Positions 36,982 to 49,746 are shown, numbered from the whole stretch's first letter. The stretch is DNA of 62,535 nt, filler included, from Squatina squatina (GCA_031763465.1; 3 parts of 3 records of this genome joined end to end with filler, not necessarily neighbours in it), one strand, 5' to 3'. Notes: a model not told the origin generated them from the letters alone. Program-made: numbers and translations.

Positions 36982-37705
36982 TATAAACTCTGTCCTTGGA
37001 TGTCCTCCAGGACATCCTCACTCTCCAGCACTGCAACATTCTCCTTAACCAATACTGTCACACCACCTCCCATCTTTCCTTCCCTATCTTTCCTGAGCAC
37101 CCTATATCCAGGAATATTTAATACCCAATCCTGCTCTTTCTTGAGCTACGTCTCCATTAATGGCACATCATATTTCCATGTGGCTATTTGTCCCTGCAGC
37201 TCACAAACCTTGATTACTATGCTTTGTGCATTCACATACATACATACACAGTAAACCTATCTTAGGCCATCCTGTGTTCGCTATTAATCTGACCACACCT
37301 AATACCTTACTATTTCTTGTTTTAGTGCTTAATTCTTTGTGCCCTTTGTTTCTCTGTTCTAATGCTAGCCCTGGTGACCATCCCCCTGCCGACTTAGTTG
37401 AAACCTTCCCCAAAAGCACTAGCAAACCTCCCCGTGAGGATATTGGTACCGACTTAGTTGAAACCTTCCCCAACAGCACTAGCAAACCTCCCCGTGAGGA
37501 TATTGGTACCGACTCTGTTGAGGTGCAACCCGTCAGGCCTGTACAGGTCCCACCTCCCCCAGAACTGGCCCCAATGGCCCCAAAAATCTGAAACCCTCCC
37601 TCCTGCATCATCTCTCCAGCCACGCATTCATCTGCTCTCTCATCCTATTTCCATACTCACTCGTGTGTAGCACCGGGAGTAATCCCGAGATTATTACCTC
37701 TGAGG
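36982..37705 (-). mobile_element. CR1 LINE: ORF1 SGNH-esterase C-terminus and ORF2 AP-endonuclease N-terminus
   Basis: VIISGLLPV...MNAWLER...FRFLG..GQFWGRWDLYRPDGLHLNRVGTNIL, then CMYVNAQSI...LNIPGYRVLRKDREGKMGGGVTVLVKE. Confidence 0.9.
37389..37514. repeat. 60-bp tandem duplication (59/60 identical) bounded by CCGACT
   Basis: 37389-37448 versus 37449-37508, with a third CCGACT at 37509. Confidence 0.95.
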
Positions 37706-37805
37706 NNNNNNNNNNNNNNNNNNNNNNNNNNNNNNNNNNNNNNNNNNNNNNNNNNNNNNNNNNNNNNNNNNNNNNNNNNNNNNNNNNNNNNNNNNNNNNN
37801 NNNNN

Positions 37806-37886
37806 GGTGGGGCGGGCACCGGCGAGACAAATGCTGGCTCCGCCCCGTATGCGCTTTAAGCATGGCGACACTCAATTTCAGGCCCC
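37806..37886 (-). mobile_element. Harbinger-like MITE terminus
   Basis: Ends caatttcaggccc, as at 15288. CpG-rich. Confidence 0.55.
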
Positions 37887-38569
37887 TGGTGTTTTGCCTT
37901 TAAACAAGGCCACCTTATGTTACACTAAGTGACGTACTTTTTAGGATTCTGTCAAAAATTAATTTCTATCATATTGAAAACATATACAAATAGACCTGGG
38001 TGGGAAGGAATACTGATCACATAAGTGGAGATAGTAAATTTAGCACCAGGTTTAATAAATAACTCGTGGATAGAACATACAAGAATAACTGTGTGCATAT
38101 TCTACACAGCTATATTGGAATTCACTGAACTTCTAAATTGATATTATTAATATCATTTGCAACAGCTAAATTTACCTAAAGAAAAATAAACGTGGTGGGA
38201 CCTGTTTTTTCCAATAACACACTCGAATTAGACAATCTCATGTAGGAACGTTGACTATTGCACAGCACTGCACATCACAATCTCGAACAGATGCGAACAA
38301 TTTGATAAATGATATCCATGAGAATTACTGACTTTGGCCCATACACTTCAAGTTTATTGGCTAAAAGAGGAAAACAAATTATGTTTGTTTCGGCCTAGTC
38401 CCAATATGAGCACCAAGTTAAAGTCATTCTGTAAAATATGAGTTATTTTAACCCTGATGTCAAAATAGAAATTTGGAAGCCAAGAATTGATATTTCCCAG
38501 ACTTCCTGGATAGCTTTACGACATAATGTAATCTTTCCCCAAACCATTTTACATTCTTATTTTCCACGT

Positions 38570-38870
38570 AATGTGACTTCCGTATTTTTCTTACCAAAAT
38601 GCAATACCTCACACGTCTGTGCTGAAATTTACTTGCCAATTATCTGCCCATTATGCAGGTTTATTAATGTCTTGTAATTTATTGCAGTCCTCCCTCAGTA
38701 TTGACTACCCCGCCCCACGCCCCCCAACTTGGTGTTAGCTACAAATTTATAAATTGTGCTTTTGATTCCAAGGTCCAAGGTCTAAATTGTTAATATAGAT
38801 TGTGAATACTGGTCCCAGCACTGATCCTTGTGGGACCCCACTTCCCACCTTCTGCCACTCTGAACACCTG
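38570..38870 (-). mobile_element. CR1 RT fragment
   Basis: SEWQKVGSGVPQGSVLGPVFTIYINNLDLG...KFVANTKLGG, the same subfamily as the 28480 copy. Confidence 0.85.
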
Positions 38871-39374
38871 CCCTTTGAAGCATCTTGGGAAGGTGCTGAA
38901 TAAATACGAGTCTTACTTATAAGGATTACGGTGCATATATTTTCTCCACATCCATCGCTAGCACGGCTCATCACTGGATTCCAGCTGTAACTACCGAAAT
39001 GGTACACACAGTCGCCCCATAAAAAGAAAAATACTTNNNNNNNNNNNNNNNNNNNNNNNNNNNNNNNNNNNNNNNNNNNNNNNNNNNNNNNNNNNNNNNN
39101 NNNNNNNNNNNNNNNNNNNNNNNNNNNNNNNNNNNNTAACTGCAGTGTGCTGTAACCCTATGGCAACATGGGTGACACCAGTGACTTCCTGTACTTTGGG
39201 TAATCATGCCATTTTGATCAGATGTCGGGCCCTTTCATGTTGTTGTTCGATGCCTATGTTGAATGTGATGTTATTGCTTGCTCTAGCAAACATGGCATCA
39301 CTCAACTGCTTGACACATGTGTGACTTGCATATTGACTGATGTTGATAAGTACAACAGCTAAAAAAAAAAGGCT

Positions 39375-40028
39375 CCTATTCGATCAGCTAAAAGGCTAAT
39401 GAAAAAGAGGATTGTAGACATTTGCAGAAGTAATGGGGAAAACTTGTTCAGTTTTTGTAGAGTCAGAGAACTGCCAAAGACTGTTTTGAGCCATTGAAGG
39501 ATGTTCAAAGACAAGTTACAAAGGACTCATTGGGTATGGCAGAAATATTAAATGAGTACTTTGCATCGGTCTTCACAGTTGAATGATTAGAATTGAATAA
39601 TTATAATAATAAAATTAATACTAAATTAGATGAACATATTGTTTTAGAAAGAATTAAGAACTTGAAAACAGTTAGAGCTGCCAGGTCAGATGATATCCAT
39701 CCGGGGGTTCTCAGCGAGGTGGGACACGAGCTGCGTGAGCCCCTAGACCCTATTTGTAATAGTTCACCGTCCTCTGGGATGCTTCCTGTAGACTGGAAGC
39801 AGGCTAATATGTAGTCCCCATCTTTGAAAAAGGTGAGAAGATGGGCTCGGTTAACTATAGGCCCATTAGTTTGTCTTGGGTAACTGGAAAGATGATTGAG
39901 GGAATCATTAGGGATGCAATACATGATTGCTTGGAGAGAGAGGGACATATTAAGGACACCCAACATGCTTTCATTGAAAGGAGATCCTTTCTTACAAATC
40001 TAATTGCATTTTTTCAAGAGATTACGAA
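39375..40028 (+). mobile_element. CR1 ORF2 RT fragment
   Basis: MAEILNEYFASVFT...DDIHPGVL...PVDWKQAN...NYRPISL...QHAFIERRSFLTNLIAFF. Confidence 0.9.
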
Positions 40029-40232
40029 GTTGGAGAATGAGGGAAGCCNNNNNNNNNNNNNNNNNNNNNNNNNNNNNNNNNNNNNNNNNNNNNNNNNNNN
40101 NNNNNNNNNNNNNNNNNNNNNNNNNNNNNNNNNNNNNNNNNNNNNNNNGGGTGCACACATTCGCTCTTTGGGACAATTCTGAAACGAGCAACATCGTAAC
40201 AAACAAGTATAACTACTGAAATGAACTACGCC

Positions 40233-40252
40233 TGTGTGTGTGTGTGTGTGTG
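40233..40252. repeat. (TG)10 microsatellite
   Basis: Direct inspection. Confidence 0.95.
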
Positions 40253-41884
40253 AGAATAACTTGTTATATTGTAGTTAGAAATCTGATTGTTTGAAACTGT
40301 TCAATGATTCACGTTAAAATAAACAATTCACGATTGTGAACATACACGGGACAGGCAGAAGGGACACTTATTTTCGATTGGGTTGTCTTCCAGAGACTGA
40401 ATCTCGGGATTCTGCTGATCAAAAATCGCTCACGTTTGAGCTAGTTTCAGAAAGCCAGAGTGAAGTTATAGTTCTCGACGGTCACTCCTCCAGGAGNNNN
40501 NNNNNNAAGCTGTATAACAGGCTGGAACAATTACTATAACTAATGGTTTCTCATAGTAATTATATTAAATTTGCTGTTTTCTTAGACATGACTTGCATTC
40601 TGATATAAATTTCTTAGTCAAATCTCCTAGCAGCATTGCATTATGCCCTTGGAAAAGAAAAAAATAATGAAAATGAAGCATAATAGGATTTTAACAAATT
40701 AAATGCTGCATTTATGTGTAGTTTGTTTAACAAGACAGATCGGATGATATATGCAAATATAAAATCCGGAATGGAGATGCAATCATATATTTATACAGCT
40801 TAGCCATACATAATTTGTGACCGTCAGAAGAATATGCTATATTAAATTTACATTTCAAATATCTGATTTGCACACAACACACTGACTTTCAAACTGAAAT
40901 TTTATATTTATTCTTTAACTAAATTTTATTTCAATTTTTAATTCTGCTCCACCTTGTACATTTTATGTACCTTAACTAAAATATTAAAGCAGTGTGGACT
41001 GACTTTAATCTGATTTACAATTTTATTGTTAAAAATGGTTGCTTTTGTGTGTAAACTAGGTACATGCCCACAAGTTTTTTTTTGGGAGGTGAGAGGGTGA
41101 TTGTGGGGTGGCGGGGAATGGTTAGAATAGAGCACTAGGAATGAATTGGGTTGTCACATGTAGATGTCTTACAAGTCATTTGACGTTTTAATACTGTGGT
41201 ATTTGGGATTACTGTGACAAGCCGACCTTAATGAGAGTTGTAAGTATATGTCTAACAGCAGAAAAATATACTGGAACAATTCAGTTTATTTCATATGCCC
41301 TTCCATGAAGAGCTGCTGTAGAACAAGGGAATAATTCTGATGTCCCACATCCTTTACTAAAGTGGAATTTTTGATTTTGTATGAGGATCTCTAGGTTGGG
41401 AAAAAGTTTTTGTACAGTACTGATCAAGGAGCAGTACAAAATTAGCACTATTGGTTTGCACTCTTTTAAGACCAAATGGCAGTTTCATAAGTTAAACTTT
41501 TTTTTAAAAACTGCTGAGTTGCACCAAACAAATAGTATATTTGGACATGTACAGCTACTCAGATTTGATTGGTATGGAACATTTTCAGCCATTGTTGTCC
41601 CTGTTTATATATTTTTTAAAAATCTAGGGTTGGTGATAAAATCACAAATTTCAGCAAGCTGAAAAATGAAGCCTTTTATTATAGTGGCTTAGCCTCAACA
41701 AATAAAAATGTAATGGTTTCTCCTCTTAGCATAGTTGATGGTATGAAACGGAGTACACTTTGGTTGGGGTCTCCGCTTCAGAATATTGTCTGTAGGCTAG
41801 CAACTTTGTAATCTCCGATTGACGGGTAACCATGCCAATTTGATGAAAGTAGACTGGGCACTTTGGCTACAAGTTAAACTCTGT

Positions 41885-42007
41885 AGGAGTAACTTTCACT
41901 GCTTGGGCGGTAACCTGGCAGTGGGTCACTATGCGTTGTAGAATCCACCTGCAAAATCGAGGGGCTTCTACAATTGGAGAGCTATGTTTTGCCAGATTAT
42001 CACCCAG
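41885..42007. mobile_element. Short MITE with terminal inverted repeats
   Basis: ttgggcggtaacctggca ... tgccagattatcacccag, an imperfect 18-bp IR. Confidence 0.55.
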
Positions 42008-42243
42008 NNNNNNNNNNNNNNNNNNNNNNNNNNNNNNNNNNNNNNNNNNNNNNNNNNNNNNNNNNNNNNNNNNNNNNNNNNNNNNNNNNNNNNNNNNNNN
42101 NNNNNNNATCTAATAAAAATGCTACTTGAGCCATTGCATGTGAAGTTCTTAAATGAAGTGGGGTTATAGGGCAGGGGATAATTGAACCAGGGCATGCAGA
42201 CGTAATTGATTGTGTACATGTATATATTTTAATTTCCATGATC

Positions 42244-42412
42244 AATTCCTGCATCTACATTTATATCGCAAAATGCTGCTGTTAACTTGTCATGCTGTAA
42301 TTACACCCCCCAACCAGTGATGGCACTGCAGTGTCTTCCCTGCTGGGAAGGTGTAATTGCAGCAGGACAAGTTTACAGAGGCATTTCCCATTATTAATGT
42401 GGTGTAGGAATT
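42244..42412. repeat. About 170-bp imperfect spacerless palindrome
   Basis: Centre cactgcagtg (42324-42333). Arms include aacttgtcatgctgtaattacacc and ggtgtaattgcagcaggacaagtt. Confidence 0.85.
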
Positions 42413-43169
42413 TATGGTAGAGTTAATGGGCATGCACACCCTAATAATTTTATTTTATATTTTCAGATGAATAGAAATAAGCAATTTTCATTTCTGAATA
42501 CACTGAGTATCTGTTTGCCAAAAGTGCATCTTTACTGAAATCAATTCAGTTCTGTATAACACTTTTGGGAGCTGTATACATGGTGTAAGCTGCATTGCAA
42601 TCAGTAAAAGCAGTAGAAAACGCATTTACACAGAAACCTGAAGGGAATATTTGTGACCTTTCATTCATAATCATTGAGATCTTTTATTTTTAAGGCTATC
42701 TACGCTAACAGAATATGTACTGAGAAAAGACTGATTCTTTGCCTTTATTTAGTTTGAAATTGAGGTTGAAAAGTGAATTGATATTTTTACAAAGAGTTGG
42801 CCTATCAGGTCATCATATTCCAGGTTCTCTGCTAAATTTTGAACTTTGGCAAAACAAATTTTTGGCTGTTTTGTTTTTCTGCACAAAGTTGAAAACCTAT
42901 AACATGGCTATACATTAATGTCCATGTTACAGTTCATATTAGAGTTTGTGTATAACCTGTTCATATAAAGTAGAGATTATCAAATGTTTACATTATCACC
43001 TGAAGACAAAATTACCCCCATATTCTGTGATTAAAATATAAATTAAATGACCTGTTTACATTTACTTATCTATGCCTTTCAATCTTCTTTTCTCCAATGA
43101 GAACTGCTATTTTTGTGATTGTCCCTTTATAATTCAAAGCCCAATATCTCAAAATTATTCTTGTCACTA

Positions 43170-43625
43170 TTCTTTGAAATGTCCAATGCATCAATGTCCT
43201 TTGGACGAGGCAGGACCTAAACCTGCACTCAATACTCCAAGTCTGGACTCAACAATGGTCTATACAAAGTTAGAATAGCTTATAATTAAATACTTTTGAG
43301 ATATATCCATATACTTGATGAGCTTTGTTGATATTAACTTCATATTGGCTGGATATTTTCAGTGACTGTCGATTATCACTCCCCAAATTCTTTTCATTTC
43401 CCACTTTTTCTAATTGACGGAAATCGATACATTATTCCCTGGCTGCTAGCCAGAGTAAATAAATTGGTGCGAGTATGAAATCGGTTTCACTCATATTAGC
43501 AACCCGAGGAAAATATGCCCCTTGGCTTGATGGCTCCTAGTCAAATAATCATTACCGTACACTTCTCCACATTAAAATCTGCCTGCTATTCCTTAGCTCA
43601 TCTGATTGTTCAGATATTTTTGAAT
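43170..43625 (-). mobile_element. Old CR1 ORF2 C-terminal fragments (interrupted at about 43410-43525)
   Basis: FNVEKCTVM...NLGVIIDS...LYRPLLSPDLEY motifs. Confidence 0.65.
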
Positions 43626-43699
43626 ATTGTCAATTTTCCTGACACCAGTCACATGGTCATACAGGACTAGATTTTCTGCTTAATAACCATGAATATGCA

Positions 43700-43843
43700 G
43701 CAACCGTCTCCAACAAAAGAGAGTCTAGCCACCTCTCCTTGACATTCAATGGCAATTCCATTGTTGAATCCCCAACCATCAGCATCCTGGGGATCCCCAT
43801 TGAACTGAAACTTAACTGGATCAGCCACCTAAATACTGTAGCC
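43700..43843 (+). mobile_element. CR1/L2-group LINE fragment
   Basis: TVSNKRESSHLSLTFNGNSIVESPTISILGIPIELKLNWISHLNTVA. Confidence 0.7.
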
Positions 43844-43947
43844 CACCNNNNNNNNNNNNNNNNNNNNNNNNNNNNNNNNNNNNNNNNNNNNNNNNNNNNN
43901 NNNNNNNNNNNNNNNNNNNNNNNNNNNNNNNNNNNNNNNNNNNNNNN

Positions 43948-44033
43948 TCCCTGTAGCCCTGCAAATTTTTCCTTTTTAGGCTTTTATCCAATTCCCTTTT
44001 GAAAGTTAATATTGAATCTGCTTCCACTGCCCT
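43948..44033 (-). mobile_element. CR1 ORF2 C-terminus fragment
   Basis: AVEADSILTFKRELDKSLKRKNLQGYR. Confidence 0.75.
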
Positions 44034-44094
44034 TTGTTTATTGCCACTAAATCAGATTTTATCCTCGCCTGAAATAAATGATATTGCAGTTGAT

Positions 44095-44520
44095 GAGCTT
44101 TTGGCTCAGTGGGTAGCGCTCTTGCCTCCGAGTCATAAGGTTGTGGATTCAAGTCCCACTCCAGTGACTTGAGTACAAAATCCAGGCTAACACTCCAGTG
44201 CAGTACTGAGGGAGTCCTGCTCTGTCGGAGGTGCCGTCTTTTGGATGAAACGTTAAACACCTGCTTTCTCAAATGGGTGTAAAAGATCCTATGGCACTAT
44301 ATTGAAGACGAGGGGAGTTATCCCCGGTGCCCTGGGCAATATTTATCCCTTATCAATATCACTAAAACAGATGATCTGGTAATTATCACATTGCTGTTTG
44401 TGGGAGCTTGCTGTGTGCTAATTGGCTGCAGTGTTTCCTGCATTAAATGTAACTAAACTTCAGAAAGTATTTCATTGGCTGGAGAGCTCTTTGGGACGTC
44501 CTGCAATTCAGTCTTTCTTT
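44095..44520 (+). mobile_element. Near full-length Deu-domain SINE (SacSINE1-like)
   Basis: Pol III A box TGGCTCAGTGGG (44102) and B box GGATTCAAGTCCC (44145), followed by the Deu core and an L2-type tail. Confidence 0.9.
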
Positions 44521-44639
44521 TACTTCATTAGATTTGCAAGTCTGAGTACTGTACCAGCGAGTATTAAATGTGGAATGTTCATCAGGAAACATAAAAATGC
44601 AGTCAGCTAAACACTAAACAATTCTCTGTCCCTCAAACT

Positions 44640-45552
44640 CTACTGATGTTAATCCAGCTCCCTCACACTGTCGCTCAGTAACCCCTCCCCCAGCATCCGG
44701 TGTTACTGACTGTATCTCCACTGATGTTAATCCAGCTCCCTCAAACTGTTACTCAGTAACCTCTCCCTCAGTGCTCTGTGTTACTGCCTGTAGCTCTGCT
44801 GCTGTTAATCCAGCTCCCTCACACTGTCACACCGTAACCCCTCCCCCCAGTGCCCTGTGTTACTGAATGTATCTTTACTGATATTGTTCCAGCTCCCTCA
44901 CACTGTCACTCAGTAGCCAAGCTCGCCATCAGTGCCCTGTGTTCCTGACTGTATCTCTGCTGCTGTTAATCCAGCTCCCTCACACTGTCACTCAGTAACC
45001 GGTCCCCAGCGTCCTGTGTTGCTGACTGTATCTCTACTGATGTTATTCCAGCTCCCTCATACTGTCACTCAGTAACTTCTTCCCCAGCACCCTATGTTAC
45101 TGACTGCATCTCTGATGTTAATCCAGCTCCCTTACACTGTTACTCAGTAACCCTTCCACTAATGCCCTGCGTTACTGACAGTATCTCTCCTGATGTTAAT
45201 CCAGCTCCCTCACAATGTCTCTCAGTAACCCCTCCCCCAGCGCCCTGCATTACTGACTGTATCTCTACTGATGTTAATCCAGCTCCCTCACACTGTCACT
45301 CAGTAACCTCTCCCCCAGCGCCCTGTGTTACTGACTGTATCTCTACTGATGTTAATCCAGCTCCCTCACACTGTCACTCAGTAACCCCTCTCCCCCAGCA
45401 CCCTGTGTTACTGACTGTATCTCTACTGATGTTAATCCAGCTCCCTCACACTGTCACTCAGTAACCCCTCCCCCAGCGCCCTGTGTTACTGATTGTATCT
45501 CTACTGATGTTAATCCAGCTCCCTCACACTGTCACTCCGTAACTCCTCCCAG
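44640..45552. repeat. 78-bp minisatellite, about 11.7 copies
   Basis: Unit ctactgatgttaatccagctccctcacactgtcactcagtaacccctcccccagcgccctgtgttactgactgtatct, head to tail with no spacers. Confidence 0.95.
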
Positions 45553-45587
45553 CCAGTTCATCCAATGGCGTCATGGTTTAAAGAGAA

Positions 45588-45760
45588 GGTAATTTCCTCA
45601 GGCCTTCTCCCGATCGTCTGCCGCAACTCTGGCGGTAGATTGGCAGAAACCTCGGATAAGCCGTGGTAATGGGAGATTCCAGCCAAAGGCATGGCGGGCA
45701 ATTTCTGACATAGGTCTTCCAAAATCAACGGAAAGATCAAGGAGAATGAAGGAAAATTCT
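45588..45760. mobile_element. Short MITE with imperfect terminal inverted repeats
   Basis: aatttcctcaggccttctcccgatc ... gatcaaggagaatgaaggaaaatt. Confidence 0.5.
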
Positions 45761-45851
45761 TTAGATATTGAATAGGATCCGACAAAGGTGCTTAATGTTG
45801 AACTCAGTATCCATAACTGTCCCCCCAGCCTCCAGTCACCATGAACCTTAC

Positions 45852-46017
45852 CGACCAGGTTTCTCCATTCGCTGTCTAGGTCGGCCTGATTGGCCAGGCA
45901 GCCCTTCATTACATTAAGACAGTAGTTGTTGCAAGGTTTCACAGTGGGGTGTCCACGGCAGTAGGGACAATACATCATCTTCATTAGTGCACGAATGCAC
46001 CCTAGTGTTGGAATGAC
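45852..46017 (-). CDS. GPC6: Glypican-6 internal exon (Cys-rich)
   Basis: ttaattcaatag| [55 protein letters not shown] |gtaagg. G+AT gives Asp on joining the 35679 exon. Confidence 0.93.
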
Positions 46018-47498
46018 CTATTGAATTAAAAAAAGAAAATTAATTTCCTTGTCATCAACTGATGGTTTCTGTGAGGAAAGGCTGCATGAAGTGATGAGTC
46101 AGCTGACATCAGAAAGAAACACTCCTGCTGATCTCTAGCAGGGCTAATCAATTCACACCAATTAATTCCATTTTATGAAGTGCTTTCTGCTTACACGACC
46201 CGGCAATACCGTGGCTTCTACAATGGATAGCACTGCACTCCATGCAGGGAGTAAAACAATAATGAGCTTTGTACTCCGCAAAAGACAAGGGACCATTTTT
46301 TTCAACTCTACGTGGTNNNNNNNNNNNNNNNNNNNNNNNNNNNNNNNNNNNNNNNNNNNNNNNNNNNNNNNNNNNNNNNNNNNNNNNNNNNNNNNNNNNN
46401 NNNNNNNNNNNNNNNNATGCTGCCAGCGCCTCCACTACCAAACTCTCACCTGTACCGCAACAAGCGTCTACCCCAGACACCCACATTTTCCACAACGCTC
46501 GCGTCAGACTTGCCCAGACATTACCCTGCACTGCATCTCTGCTACCCCACTAACGTTACACTAAGCGCTGTCACTATCATATCAACCATGAACTGTTCCC
46601 TTCCCAATGATGCAGCCATTTCCATAAACACAAGAGGGGCTGTTAACAGCTGGGCCACGCTTCAACACAGTGAACAGAAGCCATGCCAATCCACAAAATC
46701 TTCACCAGGGATTTGAATGGCTGGAGTACGCAAATATATTCAGTCAGCCCATAAATCAATAATATGTAGATTAACAACTCTCAGCCTCCCTTTATCAATA
46801 AAAGCATTTGGGATTAATTGACTGCAAAAAGATTAAACCTGTCTAACGATTGGTATTTCTGGTTTACACACAACTACTGTTTTGTCAAAATTAATGCACA
46901 GAATAAAACATCTTCCTAGTCATGTTAGTTGTATTATGTAATCATTGCTTTAAGAGAACAATTCTATTCACATTCGGAAACTTTCCAGAACATTCCCTAA
47001 AATTGCCAATTATTACAGCTATATAAAAGGCTGCTGTCTACCGAGCTAAAATAACATTTCTATAAAGAAAATAGTTGCTTCACAGCATGGTGAGCAGTGC
47101 TGATTCATGAAGGTAAGCATCACCAGTTCTCCCACTTATGTCCCAATTGATCCATAAATAATACAATCCTTTTTTATGTTCAAAATCTTATATTTTTGAA
47201 GCCAAATTGAAGTTTTTGTGCATTTTTTCCCAGCAGCCAATTATTCTACTAACTACTCCTCAGATAAATAATGAATGTTGTGGTTATGCAACTTGATAAT
47301 TACCCCAACCTATAATACTTCATCGTCAAACTATGTTCATGGGAATTGTGGACTCACTGATCAAAAACATATCTGCTGTATGAGCTCACGACACAAGCTT
47401 GTTTGATGGTGTTGTGGGGAAGAACATTGACCTTCCATCACTTGACCCGGGTTTGAATCAGGTCCAAACATTTTAGATTAAGAGTCTTTCTAATCAGT

Positions 47499-47598
47499 NN
47501 NNNNNNNNNNNNNNNNNNNNNNNNNNNNNNNNNNNNNNNNNNTTAATTAATTAANNNNNNNNNNNNNNNNNNNNNNNNNNNNNNNNNNNNNNNNNNNN
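47499..47598. other. Artificial scaffold linker N44-TTAATTAATTAA-N44
   Basis: Identical to 20561-20660. Confidence 0.95.
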
Positions 47599-47710
47599 AT
47601 AATCGAAAGATGAAATGCTGTTCCTCAAGCTTACGTTGAGCTTCATTGGAACAGTGTAAGAGGGCGAGGATGGAGAGATCAGAGTGGGAGTGGAGCGGAG
47701 AATTAAAGTA
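47599..47710 (-). mobile_element. Penelope-like element GIY-YIG C-terminal fragment
   Basis: FNSPLHSHSDLSILALLHCSNEAQRKLEEQHFIFRL. Confidence 0.8.
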
Positions 47711-48602
47711 AATAAAGTTTTAGTACTGGGAGTAGACGGATGCAGCTTTACTGAAAAGATGTTCAGAAATTCTTGTTCCCTCAAATCTAGATTAAGAACT
47801 AAGTGAACAAGTATCTTCTGATCCCTTGGGTCACAAACTCTCAGGCTGGAGAAGAATCCTGTTCATAATATTTAAGCATTCTGATTGTAATGTAATCAAT
47901 ATTTTTTATAATGTAAATGCAGCACACTTACTGCTGCACAGAGTTACTGATATGAATCTCTTGTGGCTCCAGTTGGAGCAAGGTAAGTGAAAACAATGGC
48001 AATTAAAATGGTGACTAAATGTTGAAACATGTCTGAGAGCAGGCAACACAAATCAAAAGACATGATTTGTGACACTAAGAATATCATCTTGAGGATCTCA
48101 AGGGAGGGCTTTTCTTTACAACCACAAGACATTGGCATCTGTGCCTGGGAGCTCTGCATTGTGTGCTGACATCCATTATAGTCACTTGCAAGGACAAGCA
48201 CTGTCTGATGCAGACACAAGTACAGATCTGCAATATTAAATCTGCTGGGACTGACTAGCAGCATGCAAAGCCAATAAAAGTGAGATTATTAAATCAATGG
48301 ATTAGGCGTGAAGTCACAACTTATCAGTCATGTACAAGAATGGCTCGCTGAAAAGATGGTCATACGGGGTCGGCTTCTGTCGCTGCAGTCTGATGATTGG
48401 CTCCTGACCTTGTAGAAAGAACTGAGGACTTGTCAAATATTATTTTGTTGTTATGTATCTCCAGCTTGCAACCCAGCAACTCGTACTTGCAAAAGAGTTA
48501 TCATGTTGTTTCTCATGCATTCAAACAGTTTTATCGATATATGGTGAGTGTCTTTAGTGGAAGCTCGTGTATGTGGGATTGGGTGAGGACAGGATGATCT
48601 GA

Positions 48603-48842
48603 TTCTGACCTCAACTCCACTTTCCTACCTTTTCCCCATAACCTTTGACTCCCTTGCTGATCAAAAATCTGTCTATCTCAGCCTTGAATATATTCAATGA
48701 TTCAGCCTCCACAGCTCGCTGGGATGAAGAATTCCAAAGATTCACGACCCTCAGAGAGAAGAAATTCCTCCTCATCTCCGTCTTAAATGGGCAACCTCTT
48801 ATTCTGAGACTATGCCCCCTAGTTCTAGATTCCCCCATGAGG
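48603..48842 (-). mobile_element. CR1 3' end
   Basis: MGESRTRGHSLRIRGCPFKTEMRRNFFSLRVVNLWNS...FKAEIDRFL. Confidence 0.92.
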
Positions 48843-49364
48843 CGAACCAGCCTNNNNNNNNNNNNNNNNNNNNNNNNNNNNNNNNNNNNNNNNNNNNNNN
48901 NNNNNNNNNNNNNNNNNNNNNNNNNNNNNNNNNNNNNNNNNNNNNNNNNNNNNTTTTACATCGTCCCTGTGAACGCACGAACAGGTGCCCCACCCTTACT
49001 TCCGGTGCTGGATTTTGGGCCAGATTGAATTTCTAGGCCGTGATCTGTGGAGTTTTCTCTCCCAGAGACAACACAAACGCCTATCTGATCAATAAACAAT
49101 GGGGTTCAGACACATGTCGTGCACCCTCGCAGGTGTCACAATCATCAATCATCGGTAGAGTTCAAATGGGATTTGTAGAAGTGTGAAGCAAATGTTCTAC
49201 ATTATCGGCCAGTGGGCTGCCTGGTGTGATTGCTATAACATGTGTCTCCGTAGCTGAAAGCAAAGCTAGTTGAACTTTATTGCTAGAAAACAAAACAAAT
49301 TAACTTATATGTGTTCATTTCCATCCCTGATTTGGACCAACTTTACAAACTAAAATGGAGGATA

Positions 49365-49505
49365 TCTTTCCTTCTTTCTTTCTTTCTTCCTTTCCTTCCT
49401 TTTTCTTCCTTCCATCCTCCTTACTTTCTCTATTCCTTCTTTTCCTTGCATCTTTTCCTTCTTTTCTTCCTTTCCCTTTTTTCCTTCTCCTCTTTCCTTT
49501 TCTCG
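49365..49505. repeat. Polypyrimidine (CTTT/CCTT) low-complexity tract
   Basis: Direct inspection. Confidence 0.9.
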
Positions 49506-49608
49506 GTTCCTCTCCCTGCCCCCACCCCAGTGGATTGTTCATCCATTGTCCATACAGTTCAGTATATTTTGGCTTGCCGTCAACAGTCTGTGTTCTTTTT
49601 TCCACCAG

Positions 49609-49746
49609 GTTTTGATACTTACTTCACCAGTCGGACCCTGGAGAACAACCGAAGAAATGTCTGGTTTGCAGAGTTCTGGGAAGAGAACTTTGACTGTCAG
49701 GTGACTCGAACGGGATCGAAAAAAGACACAGCTAAAAAATGCACAG
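49609..49746 (+). CDS. Group III metabotropic glutamate receptor (GRM6/7/8-like) exon, Venus flytrap domain
   Basis: ttttttccaccag| (G)[45 protein letters not shown] |gt. Confidence 0.92.

Noticed and set aside
37201-37623. 140-aa ORF with a repeated 20-aa motif as a novel protein
   Set aside because: It is an off-frame reading of CR1 ORF1 plus the 60-bp duplication.
44095-44165. tRNA gene
   Set aside because: The A/B boxes continue into a SINE body found in several copies, and there is no complete cloverleaf.
44640-45552. CRISPR array or repeat-protein gene
   Set aside because: Units are head to tail with no unique spacers and no cas genes. Indels break the frame, and the context is a vertebrate intron.
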